NCBI RefSeq assembly: GCF_006345805.1
Contig: NC_043005.1
Coordinates: forward strand, 41,912,001-41,976,000
Direction of reading: 5' to 3'
Origin: Octopus sinensis
Taxonomy: Eukaryota
DNA length: 64,000 bases
The first letter of the stretch is position 1; each line of letters begins with the position of its first letter. This document shows, one piece after another, positions 13,820 through 26,509 of the stretch. A program made the translations under genes and the position numbers. Below the pieces are notes generated by a model that saw only the letters and a list, made by a program, of their open reading frames with translations, did not search any database and was not told where the DNA came from.

Positions 13820-15139
13820 CTAGAATTAGAAATAGTAATTCGAAACTTTTTGATGTTTGATTCCAGAATATTCTTGGTATTTGCTGCTTTCTTTCATTTC
13901 TTTCTTTCTAATTTTTTTTCTTTCATTTTTCATTCTTTCTTTGGTTTTTATTTCTGTTTCTCCTTTTCCTTTATCTTTATATTATACATAATCCTTTGTT
14001 ATTCGCATTTTTTTTTTTATTTTTACATATTTATATTATATTGCATGTTCCCTACAATTTTATGGACTGTTTGAAACATTATGATATAGTTTTTTTTTTC
14101 CTGTTTTGCATTAAAATTTAATTCCGAATTATACTTGCATGTTTATTACTATTTAGATGTATATCTGATTTATTGTCTGAAAAGAAGAACAAAAGGTATT
14201 TTTATATGAAGTTAATATATCGATACAAAATACGAGATAGCCTGGCATTTTATAATAGCTTATATTTTCTTTTATCCATTCAGCGAACACTCAATTTTAT
14301 ATCATACATTTAAACACGCCTGTGCCCCCACTACCACATATATACAAATAATAAAAAATAAAATTAGGCATAGAAACACATGCACGTACTCAAAAATTCA
14401 AACGTACAAACAAAACAACATATAATCAGATCATACACACATATAAATGGAACATACACACTGAAACAAACAAGTACTTGTTTTATTCTCACCGACGTAA
14501 GCGGGGACATTCATACATTTAAGCATACATTTTCAAAAAAGCAAAAAATATATTTATGTCATATAAAGCCACACACATACAGACAAATGCAAACTGCTCC
14601 TCTGTGAAAGGCACTCATAAAAAACACTTACCGTAAAAAAAACCCACGTCCATTAACATATATTTAAACGCTAGAGTTACAACGTCTGTTGTAACTGTAG
14701 CGTTTAATTGTCTCATAGAAAGTTTATCAGAGGCCCAGAGAGGCATTGCCTTCTAGATACTATGTTTCTCTTTGTATTTATGTTTATGCCTAAGTTTATG
14801 CCTACTGGCGGCAGTAGGCGTGGGTTGGGATAAAAACAACTTCTTGATGGTTTATACTGCATTCAAATATTTAAATGTTATTTAAATATTATGCTTAGTG
14901 TTCTGGAAATATTAGAGTGGGGTAAAGAAGAGGTATTGACGTGCTCGTACATATGATTTGAATCGAATTGAGGTTTAGCGCTCATCGAACATTTATGGAA
15001 ATAACTTTTCACATTTCATATGCAGCTATCTTCTTATTTCGAGTGATGATATCGTCTCTTGTACAAAAACTGTCGACTTGCGATACACCTACACTATCGC
15101 TCGCCGTAGTAAACCTTTCCTTATTTATCCTTTCCAGCA

Positions 15140-15360
15140 AGATGGTGAGCTGGTAGAGTCGTTAGCACGTCAGGCAAAATGCTTAGCATTTCGTCCATCT
15201 TTATGTTCTGAGTTCGCATTCCACTGAGGTCGACTTTGTCTTTCATCCTTCTGAGGTTGAGGTGGATAAAATAAGTACCAGTTGAGCACTGGGGTCGATG
15301 TAATCGACTAGTCCCCTACCTCAAGCCTGCTGGCCTTGTTCCAAAATTTGAAAGCAATAT
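15140..15360 (+). mobile_element. SINE family A, diverged
   Basis: Body gttctgagttcgcattccactgaggtcgactttg; tail gctggccttgttccaaaatttgaaa. Confidence 0.8.
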
Positions 15361-15717
15361 TTATCCTGTACAGCCTGCTGGAATATATCATTCTTCTTTT
15401 TTTATAGTAGAACTAGTAGTAGTTGTAGACATTTCACTGCTATTTTGAAAACAATAAAATTGTTGGAAGATTATAATGAATAGTGAAATACATGACTGCC
15501 TTCACACTTCTATTTTTTATGGACCATTTGATTCGTTACTTAAAAGTTTGTATGAAAACAATACCTTATGTTAAATACTAAAAATCTTTTCTACATTTTG
15601 AATTGTTATCTATTATTTATATCTTTATGTCAAAAAGTTTGACGTGCTCTAGTAAGGAATACACACAATTGAAATTAGAAAATGATTGTTTGTATATATA
15701 CATATATATATATAATC

Positions 15718-15862
15718 ACTAGCCACTACACATTCTTTATTTTCTCTCCTTGTTTCTTTATGTGTTCCTTTCTTTTGAACAGCGTAGGCTCGAAACGTTA
15801 AAGACATTTTCACTTCCCGGGCGTTAAACTAATACATCTGTTTGTTGTCTAAACCACCTGTT
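15718..15862 (+). mobile_element. Penelope pLTR-like short repeat with degenerate hammerhead motif
   Basis: tagccactacacatt...agcgtaggctcgaaacgttaaagac...ctaatacatctgtttg; paralogues at 38440 and 44050; (TA)n flanks. Confidence 0.7.
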
Positions 15863-15925
<63 letters not shown>

Positions 15926-15962
15926 CATACATACGTACACACACATGTATATATGTATATAT

Positions 15963-16016
<54 letters not shown>

Positions 16017-16029
16017 GTACATACATATC

Positions 16030-16225
16030 CTAAAAATGAACAAAAAGCACAAAAACAACAACAACGCGAGGACGTGGTGCATGTAAAGTATTAGCAGACA
16101 CTCAGGGAAGGAAAGAAAGGTGATTTTACGTTTCGAGCAAAGCTCTTCTACAGAAACAGTAGACAGAGGAAAGTCCAATAGAAAAGGAAGACAGGGGAAA
16201 AAATATCGCCAACGATTCACATATG

Positions 16226-16230
<5 letters not shown>
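16030..16230 (-). mobile_element. Related pLTR-like repeat with hammerhead-like motif at 16124-16156
   Basis: Minus strand ttt CTGTAGA a GAGC ttt GCTC GAA ACGT a aaa; (TA)n on both sides. Confidence 0.65.
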
Positions 16231-16301
<71 letters not shown>

Positions 16302-16649
16302 TATACACCACGTCTGTCTATTGTGAAAATGTTATTAAAATTAGTATAATTTTGATGAAACAATAAGATTTCTAGTAAACTCTATAAACAATTTTACCAA
16401 TCTTAACTCGCGAAAAAGTCGATCTGCTGTGAAAATAATTTTCCATGGAACGCGTTTAAAAGCTTATGCTGGTTGTCTACAGATAACAGATCGATATTTG
16501 CGAATCAAGTGTTTATCGCATCCATAAATATTTCTACGTGGAAAAGAAATTTTTTCCCGTGTTAGCCTATAATGTGTATTCATTTATACTTCGAATCACG
16601 ACTTCATAATAGTTCATAATCGAACAAACAAAGTCTGATCATAACGTGT

Positions 16650-17655
16650 TTGTTTTTTAAAGCGTAGCTGGTGTAGTCGTCTGAAGAAAAGCACTGAAGG
16701 AAGCAAAGAAGGACTGAATTTCGGATTATAAAGCAAGTACTGGATTATACACTGGGTTCACAAGACAGTAGGAAGGGACTAGAAATCATACAAAAGCTGC
16801 TTGCTGGTGTAGATAATAAAATACTACAACTTCACTAATCTGTGAAATTGTTGACGAAGCGCCTATTATTCATGACATACCACAGTATATTGAACCAAAA
16901 AGAGAAAGAAAACGGTATTAACGAGAACTACCAGTTACGAGGAATGTAAAATCAGTTTAGCACTTCCTCATATTGCTGCCAGCACCATGTTAAAACCTAT
17001 GATGCTTTTAAGAGAAACGTTCTACGAAAAGAGAAATTTCCAAAAAGAATTGCCATCCATGAGCATCCACAAGGCTGGGTAGATGAAGGTAGACGTAGAA
17101 TAAGGTCAAAGGATATTTAGAATATAAAATCTGGAAGGCGGCGAGTTGGCAGACACATTAGCACGCCAGGCGAAATGCATAACAGTATTTCATCTGTCTT
17201 TACGATCTGAGTACAAATTCTGCAGAGGTCGACTTTGCCTTTCATCCTTTCAGGGTCGTTAATTAAGAACCGATTGCGTTCTGGGGTCGATCTAATCGCC
17301 TGCTTCCCCCTCCCCCAAAATTTGTGCTTAAAGTAGAAAAGGAATTTAAAACCTGGTGAACAACAAAAAGAACGAAGTTTGCTTATCAGAGATCAGTTTA
17401 AGGAAGATCTGGCGAACAATATTTTTGTTAACCTCCGATCACAAGAGATGATATTGATATTGCTGTAATTCTTGGTGGACTAACAAATTTTTGCAACTAT
17501 GAGATGTCAATGCTAATTAGCGACTTAAAGACATAGTGAGAATCAAGTTGAATAACTGGATGCACTACAGAAAAGAAAAACATACATGAAAAATGGCGAT
17601 GTAAGGGTCTTATTACTGACTAATATCTGTGATACGTGGAAGAAAATAAAACTAA
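16650..17655 (+). pseudogene. Decayed pogo/Tigger (DDE_1) transposase, interrupted by a SINE
   Basis: Manual translation across frameshifts: KPMMLL..R..F..EKFPKRIAIHEHPQGWVDE...RSLLIRDQF...IAVILGGLT...DVNAN.RLKDIVR; resembles pogo motifs HPKGWMD, LLVWDQF, IPGGLTS.LQPLDV. Confidence 0.65.
17135..17342 (+). mobile_element. SINE family A inserted in the pogo remnant
   Basis: aaggcggcgagttggcag head; tail gtagaaaaggaattt. Confidence 0.85.
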
Positions 17656-17669
17656 TACTATTCTTTCTG

Positions 17670-18210
17670 TTTCTCCTCTTTGTCTCTTGTCTGCAAAGAG
17701 AATCTTGCGAGTGCGTTCAAAGGAGGCTGTTGCTTGGTAGCCAGTGAGACGCCAGACTTCATTTCAGTGGTAAGAACATACCACTGGTGGTGAGCAGTGT
17801 AGTAGAAGACAAGGGACTGGTGGAGACAGAAGAGTGCAACTCTCTCCCCACCACCACCACACACACAAGGGAGTCCTTTACATCTTCGTTATTGCAAAGC
17901 AAGAGAAGCGTTGCATAGCTGTGTCCGAGTTGGAAACAAGGGCAACGTCTTCTGCATAAAGTAACTCAAGGAAGACTTCTTCCACTGTTTTGGAGTGAGC
18001 TTGCTGGAGACCAGGTAGAAGAAGTAGCCATCAAAACAGTACCGAATGTAGATGCCGTCTTGATCATTAGGACCTTCAGTGGTATGCTGGAGCATCAAAC
18101 TGGAAATAATGATGAAAAGGGTCGATGCGAAGACGCAGCCTTGCTTCACACCGTTGTCAATAAGGAAAGGCTCAGAAAGATCATTACTGTACCTTATGTA
18201 CTTCGGTAGT
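17670..18210 (-). pseudogene. RTE-clade LINE reverse transcriptase fragment
   Basis: ORF 17889-18149 KQGCVFASTLF...DGIYIRYCFDG matches RTE GVKQGCVLAPTLF...GIYIRYR.DG. Confidence 0.8.
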
Positions 18211-18386
18211 TAAGATGACATGCGTGAAAAGTACCAAAATTATGTTATAGATTCTACTATTAAGGTATTTGTTAAATTTCACCATACTCCACTATAGCAA
18301 GGTATCAAATTAATGAATACCTTCGATACTATATAAAATGCAGAATGCATGAATATAAACATTAAATTGCGTACATTTGCAGCCAT

Positions 18387-18620
18387 ATATTTCTTTACTA
18401 CCCACAAGGGGCTAAACACAGAGGGCACAAACAAGGACAGACAAACGGATTAAGTCGATTACATCGACCTCAATACATAACTGGTACTTAATTTATCGAC
18501 CCCGAAAGGATGAAAGGCAAAGTCGACCTCGGCGGAATTTGAACCCAGAACGTAACGGCAGACTAAATACGGTTACGCATTTCGCCCGGCGTACTAACGT
18601 TTCTGCCAGCTCGCTGCCTT
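18387..18620 (-). mobile_element. SINE family A, full length
   Basis: Reverse complement of the 11069 copy. Confidence 0.9.
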
Positions 18621-18808
18621 AATTGAATAACTTATTGCATTACTTTATGACCAACTTCTAAGAACTTTATAATTAGAAATATGACTACATTTTGTTTGAA
18701 GGTGAAATTGAGCTCGAGTTTTCAGGTTTAAAATCGGTATTTTTACATACTAGTGAACCCAAAGCGTTTGTTATGCTGTCAGTAAAGTAACGGTTATATT
18801 GTTAAAAG

Positions 18809-18907
18809 CACTTCCGGTTGTCAGAGAGGAAGTGACAACTGATTACTAAAAGGAAGTATTGACAACCGCTTGAAATTCCATCGTATCTGAGGAGTGGCCA
18901 GGTATGT
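18809..18907 (+). promoter_or_regulatory. Promoter-like ETS cluster followed by a 5' splice donor
   Basis: CACTTCCGG 18809-18817, AGGAAGTG 18827-18834, AGGAAGTA 18851-18858, interleaved with TGACAAC/GTTGTCA; CAG|GTATGT donor at 18902. Confidence 0.35.
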
Positions 18908-20664
18908 TGCACTCTTCTGTCTCCATCAATGCACCAATTTAACTGTATTTGACAGCATGACATCCATTAATTAGACGTGTTTATGCAGACAGTTCTTCCT
19001 TTTGAACCAAATGAAAATACAGCTACACATTAAAGGCTAGACATGAAAAGTTGTTCTTTGGATTTTTCTCATTAAATTTATGACAAAAAGTCATAAAAAC
19101 AGCAAAATGTTTCTATTTTTATATTTAAAAAAAAAATTATAATGAAGCTTTCCCAGCCGTTCTGCAGGTTTGTTCACTTCATTAAAGGCAATGGTAATAT
19201 TCCAATATAGAAGCCACTTCATTTACTCTAACGGAAACAAACTTAGTGGCTAGATGACGTATTATTTTCATTTAAGACAGGAAATAGAAAGATACGCTTT
19301 AATTAATATAGAGGAACTGTTTAAGAAGGAAACAGAGACACCATTTGCCTTGAGATACCTACACTCTGTAGCAAGTTGAGTGATACTATAGTTACATAGA
19401 TTTAAATAACATTACCCTCAGTTTTGTATAACTCTGAATGAATGAAAAATTGATATTTTATAAAATATTGTTTGCAATACGATTCTATTAATAAGTTAAC
19501 CTATAGCTCGACAGACTTGATTGCCCTGCCCTTTTTTGTGCTCCGCTGTTTTTCATCTTGAACATCGAAACTATTTCGTCATTGTTTACATTTAAGTTAT
19601 AAAGAACCTCTGTTTGTGTTGGTAAATAGTATTTACTTTAAAGAACCGTTACTGAATATCTCTCTTTGAGAGATTTAGAAATAATAATGTTTCCATTTAT
19701 TAGATCGGTGACTGTGTGTCACTTTGAAAACTTTATATCTTCGAACAGGAATTCAGCAGCGCCACCTAGCCCAAGCAGCTACACTGTATTGATAAAGAGA
19801 ATAACTCAGAAACCGGTCCACGGATGTTGCTTTATGCTGGATGGGGGTGCTGGATTCCCTATTTGAAAATATAAGGACACAGATATTGTGTCGTATAGTC
19901 CTGAGGCTAAACAACAGTAACAATCGTCCCTTCCAGAACAGCCAAATTATGTTGGCAAATAGTCTTAACCTCTGCTTAAATTATCCATCTATTCGAGAAG
20001 AAGTTTCTCAGTTTTAATAGAGAAACGATTTTGCCAAAGTGTGAAAACGAAACATGTAACCCTCACATTGGATCCAGACATAGAAATAATATTGTTTGGA
20101 AAGAGGTGAAAACTGAAATGCTATCATACCTGAATATAACATAGAGTCTATAACAATTTACAACACCAAGGTGCAAATGGAGAAGAGTATACCATCTATA
20201 GCGAATGCAAAGGTGTTAATGTGTGGCAAACATTAAAAAAAAAGCAACGTTTTCAGAAACATGTAAAGTTATATGAGTAGTCTAATACGAAGGGATCCGA
20301 ACGTATACCGATTTCAGGAGTTCATGATCTCATGTCTCATTTACAGACAACTTCTTGAATCGGAAATGAAATGTATTTAAGTTGTATTAACATTCAACCT
20401 TTATCTAGTATTTCATTAAATATAATTTCAAAACGTATTTTATCTTCTTAGTGTAGTTTATACGTATAGTCAATCCCTAATTAGACATCTAATTAACTGT
20501 ATTACTGTATTACTAGTTTCATAATTTCATTTTCGGTGTCAGGTTTCTAAATGATATAAGCTTGGTGAAATAACTATTGCCCATTCTCTTGTCGGTCAAT
20601 TTTGAATGGAAATGTGACTTCTGTTCTAATAAAACTAAAATAATAAAAGCTTAATATACATACA

Positions 20665-20868
20665 GCGGCGAACTGGCAGAATCGTTTACACGCCGGCGAA
20701 AATGCTTAGCATCAATTCGTTCTGAGTTCAAATTCCCTTGAGGTCGACTTTGTCTTTCATCCTTTCGGGATGATAAAATAAGTACCAAATGAGGATTGGA
20801 GTCGATTTAATCGATTTAATCGCCTCTCCCGAACTTGCTGGCCTTGTGCCAAAATTTGAAACCAATAT
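20665..20868 (+). mobile_element. SINE family A
   Basis: gcggcgaactggcagaatcg head; tail gctggccttgtgccaaaatttgaaacc. Confidence 0.85.
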
Positions 20869-21777
20869 GTATACAGCCTAACTTAATATAAATAACTATT
20901 CATAAACGAAATGAATGTGACCTTGAATACGAGTTTTATGCCTAATTTACGGCCGAGAAGTTGGGACTCGAACAGATTCACAAAAGCTTGGGCTTAAGCC
21001 TAAGAATTAAAGACGTGATTGATATACACACGATGAGCATCATCCTTTGTGCTCTACCTGTAAACGACTACAATGACAATAAAATGAATTGAATTAATAT
21101 AATTAACAGCAATCTTTCATAGGTTTTCAGTTGATTTTCCAGCGGTGGTTTTAAATTGTTTTACTATTTCATCCTTACACAACATGATGTTATCAGTGAA
21201 CACAATTGTCATATAAACTCGCTCTTTAGCGAACTTCTTTCTTCAAAAACAGATTTATATTGTAGCTTTGTAAATAGGTAATTAATTAAGAGGTAAATAG
21301 TAATTAATTAATTAACTGAATAATGTATATTTGCAAGATAATATCCATTCACTTTGAAAATAATCTACGCAAGATTTCAAAATAAAAGACATTGATAAAA
21401 ATAAGAGGAATGTAAGATGCATATGATAACAATATGTAATGCACTTAGTGAATTATCTACCAGATATAGAGGATTAAACAATAAAAAAAATATTGCCAAT
21501 GATCATGTGTAAGGTAATAAAGATGTGAACATATATGCAAAATCAAGCTAATACACACACACACACACACATATATATATGCACTCGTATTTTCTGGATT
21601 CTCTTGGCTTCCTGTTGTCTGCTTTTATTCTCTATTCTGTGCATTTGTGTCGATGCATTTAACGTTACATACGTACATACATACATACATACATACATAC
21701 ATACATACATACATACATACATACATACATACATACACAGACATGCACGCACACACACACACACACACACACACATA

Positions 21778-21922
21778 GTGGCTGTGTGGTAAGAATCTTG
21801 CTTCCCAATCACATGGTTCTGAGTTCAGTTCCACTGCGTGGCACCCTAGGTACGTGTCTTCTACTGTTGTCTCGGGTCGGCGAAAGAGTGGATTTGTAGA
21901 TAGATAATGGAAGAAGCTCGTC

Positions 21923-21926
<4 letters not shown>
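21778..21926 (+). mobile_element. SINE family B, 5' half (a diverged 3' half lies at 22470-22683)
   Basis: gtggctgtgtggtaagaatcttgcttcccaatcacatggttctgagttcagttcc. Confidence 0.75.
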
Positions 21927-21965
<39 letters not shown>

Positions 21966-22044
21966 GATCACCATTATTTCTTCTCCGGTCCCTATCTTTT
22001 TGTTCTCCTCGGGGAAGGGAGTTTTGTCTTGTACCCATGCGGTT

Positions 22045-22183
22045 TTAGCAGGGCTTCCGATGTGCAAAGCGACAGTTTGCACCATCATCACCGTACCAGC
22101 AGTATCCTGGCTGGTAAAATTTGCAAATGCTCCCACTTTTGCCCTTGTAACTTCTGCAGCTTCTGCCCCAGATGACCGCAGCT
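22045..22183 (-). CDS. Candidate terminal exon encoding a CCCH-type zinc finger
   Basis: Acceptor ttttccttaacatttAG; frame AAVIWGRSCRSYKGKSGSICKFYQPGYCWYGDDGANCRFAHRKPC-stop (C-x7-C-x8-C-x3-H); absent from the ORF track because it has no start codon. Confidence 0.45.
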
Positions 22184-22800
22184 CTAAATGTTAAGGAAAA
22201 TCTCAGATAGGTTCAACAATTTAAATAAAAATATATTCTGCTATGGGTCGATATATATCAGTTTTTAAATATAACAATGTATCAGTCATTAAAATATTAA
22301 AACTTAAATATGAATTCATAAATATATAAAACATTTATAAATAGATGTGTTAAATTAGGTTAGAACGGCGTGGTAAAATTTATTTAAGAATAAATATGAA
22401 TAAAAATATGCTCTTACAATAAACAAAGAAACTTTACTATATATGTGTGTGTGTGAGTACATGTGATCAATGAGTATATGTGTCTTTGTGTCTATGTTTG
22501 TTGCCTATCACCGCTTGACAACGGGTGTTAGTGTGTTTACGGCCTCATAACTTAATGGATTGGTAAAAAAAAATCGATAGAATAAGTACTGGGGTTTTTA
22601 AAAAATGACTGGGGTCGATTCGTTCGGCTAAAGATTTTTAAATACGGAGCCTCAGCATGACCGCAGTCTATTAACTGAAATGAAAATATAATTACTTACA
22701 TATGTATGTATGTTTATGGTGTATATCCTCTATTTATCTCTCTCCCTCTCTCTCTGTATGTATATGTGCGTATTTGTGTGTGTGTATGTGTGTGTGTGTG

Positions 22801-22838
<38 letters not shown>

Positions 22839-22941
22839 TCTATCTGAGGGTGTATGCAAAGGTTTGAGCCTTGTACCTTCATCAGAAGTGTTGTACCATG
22901 TTTTGTTTTTTGAGGCTCAAGACTTTTTCATACCTACATAT

Positions 22942-22974
<33 letters not shown>

Positions 22975-23121
22975 TATATATGTATATATGTATATGTATA
23001 TATGCATATATATACTTATATATATGTATGTGTATATATATATATATACATACACACACATATATATAATATATATACATATATATCTATATAAATATGC
23101 ATATACACACATATATCTATA

Positions 23122-23161
<40 letters not shown>

Positions 23162-24002
23162 GCATATATGGATACATATATATATATGCACGTATATATA
23201 TATATATATATATACATACATATTACACATACAAATGTATGCATAATTATACTTAAGTGTCTGTGCGATTTATACACATGCTCTATAAATAATTGTATAA
23301 AAGAAATTGTGCGAAAGCGATAGATGAAGAATACAAAGCTGAACAGCAAGTGAACATAGTGGTTTTTCGAGATACTTAAATCCTATATTTGACCTTCAGA
23401 ATGATTCACAAAAGCTCACTAGTCAAACTTTCCCAATGGTGTCTTTCATTTTTGTATCGCCCATCCATTAAAAATGGAAATTCTATTCAAAAATAGTTGT
23501 TTTCATTCGTAAACATTGACACTGTGCCATGTTTTCGCTATGCCCACCTACTGCCATTCACGAAGCCTAGCTCTGTTTCTGATACATAAAGTTAGCTATT
23601 CATTATCAGAAAGAAAGGGCTAGTCAGCGTCTCAAACTTCTATTCCCGGTGCAACACTTTGCAACTCTATATATAAAAGTATTCCGCGGCTTGACCCGGA
23701 AACCAAGCGAATGATGTCTGGCTGTGAACCTAATGACCAAACCGGAAGTGTCAGTCCACAACACTATGAAGGATGAGAGCAACAATCAAACCTTTGTATC
23801 TAATTGATCGATAGATATATTAATCATACTTTGATATTGTCACCGACAAAAGGGATGGTTAATAACCCTTTTGAGAAATTGGATTTCGAAATATGATCCC
23901 ATTTGGGGAATAGTGAACGAATATAAATAGAATTATAATAATGATAAAGACGGCAGCAGCAGCAGCAGCAGCAGCAGCGGTAGTAGTAGTAGTAGTAGTA
24001 GC

Positions 24003-24068
<66 letters not shown>

Positions 24069-26150
24069 TGTAGTAGTAGTTGTAGTAGAAGGAGGAGGAG
24101 GGGGGAGATGGAGGAGGAGGGGAGAGATGGAGAAGTGGAGGAGGAGATGGCGGAGGAAAATTATTTCTTACACCAGAAGGAGGCCAGGAATTTATCTAGT
24201 AAAACGAAATCGTTTTGATAAATTCATAAGCCTAATCGTTTTACTAGATAAAATTGTGAAGTATTAGTTTATCGACCCAGGAAGAATGAATGGTAAAACT
24301 ACCCATGTAGAATTTGAACTCTCCAATGTATTTTGCAGGGCTCTATTAATTCTTCTGATAGTGACTCGACCAACTGTCTACACCAGCCCGTCTGCAAGCT
24401 TGTTCACAGCCGGGCAGCAACGAACAGTGACATAAGAGGTTGAGAAATTATTGTTGATCACCGACTTGGGAATGCTCTGGAAAACGGTATCCAGTGAATC
24501 TATGTTCCATCATAGTTTGAATTCTCTTGGTAGTGATTCTCTATAAATGATCCCACACAGGCTCTCAGTCTGCCCAATTTTGCAGTACAATAGTGAAAAT
24601 CATAACAAATAATCTGAAATGTTTCCATAAGTATTAAAGGACTGGTGGTCAATCGCACAGAAAATCAGAATCGCCTATTCTTAACTATTAAAAGATTTTA
24701 CAGTCACTAAGATTTAATTTTAAAACATTACTCAGTCACTCAGTCTCGAAGACATTTTGCTTATTATGTACTGTTCTATACAGTCATTCTCAGACTATCA
24801 CTTTCTGTCTTTCCTTCCTTCTTTCCTTCTTCCTCTCTCTCTCTCTCTCTCTCTCTTTGGCATATCGAATCACTCTAACACAAACAGTGAGTATTCACTC
24901 AAACTTGACCGCTGATTCTCATCACCGAGTCGAAGTCCAAAGGACTGTTGAGTTCTTCGACTCTAAATCTCTATGTTATATGTGTTGCTTAAGCTAATTA
25001 CTTTACGAATTTTCAGTATATATACTATGGTGCTTTCTTTGAAATTCTCCTTTAACTTTTCTATAAAAATCCCTGCCAATTCTTGTTTAATTAATTCAAT
25101 AATTCAGTAAATTGTGCTCCACATAATTGGAGCATCTTGATTAGCTTCTGTTAACCGAATCGTTGTACAAACGTCCAGCAGATATCGACTCTGTAATGAC
25201 AAATATGCGACACTTATCTAGAAATCTATTTCGAATTCTTTCTGTATACACTAAATGAATTTTCTTATGCAAATACGATCTCGAGATTCCACTTCGATTT
25301 GTTCAATGCCTTACTAGTGCATTCCAATGCAACCTATATTTCACTAGGGGTTTAAACTGTCAGCTGATTTCTGAGTCTTCACATCTAGATTTGCGGCACT
25401 CAGTACAAATCCTGTGCAAGTCTGATATACCATTTAAGTTCATTGATTACATCTAATCAGGACGATGGCAATAGGAAAGCTTCCAGATACCACAAGTATG
25501 CCCAACTGGTCTCTATTTGAACTATGTAGAAACTACTACCTGCCTCTTAACAATATCCATCCATCCATACATACATACATACATATATACATATACACAC
25601 ACGCCTATATATATATATATATATATACATACACACATACACACATATATATATCATACTTACATACATATATATGTACAAAGTGTGAGGGTTTAGTTCT
25701 CAGGTAATCTAAATGACTAGAAACGCTAGGTAAGTGCTGTAACGGATTACCAGGGCTCCAAGTTTATAGTCGAAACAGTAGTTATGGAGCCGTTGTAGAT
25801 TTCCGATATAGCAGATATGTAAATGCTAAAGAGGACAACAAACGTTAAGGCAAGGCAAACATCTAAAATCATATACATCATTATTATTATTATTGGAAAA
25901 CTTCAAAGTCTTACAGTTGTTTCTGGGATATTCCAGAGTATCGGATATTCCATCATCGGAAACAAATAGGGAAAATGAGAAGGTAGAGATTAATTAAATG
26001 ACGACACAGGCAACAGGAGAAAACGAATAAGGAGATGAAGTAAGAGAAGAAATAAGAAGCATCAAAGTTTACAGTTAAATTTTCCAATCAAGTAAACGTA
26101 AAGGTGAAATCTTGTGTAAATCCATGTAGATTAAAGGCCTAATAGTATAA

Positions 26151-26151
26151 A

Positions 26152-26192
<41 letters not shown>

Positions 26193-26219
26193 TACTACTA
26201 CTACTACTACTACTACTAC

Positions 26220-26307
<88 letters not shown>
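26151..26307. repeat. (CTA)n followed by (TAA)n microsatellite
   Basis: Direct reading; immediately upstream of the Dong/R4 element. Confidence 0.95.
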
Positions 26308-26509
26308 TTGGTTTATCTTCTACAAATATTCTTATTTAGCTACTGTGATGAAAAGACCGCTTTGCCATGAGGCTAGCAGTACAACGCCAAAAGAAACTTA
26401 GTTAAACATTTCTTCCACTTTTCCTTTTTTTTTTTTTTTTGTTTATCTTCTCCAAATATTCCAATCTTGCTACTGTAATGAAAAGACCGCTTTTCCATGA
26501 GACCGATGC

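Noticed and set aside
19756-19772. CTCF-like GCGCCACCTAG
   Set aside because: The conserved TGG end is missing; a single partial match is not informative
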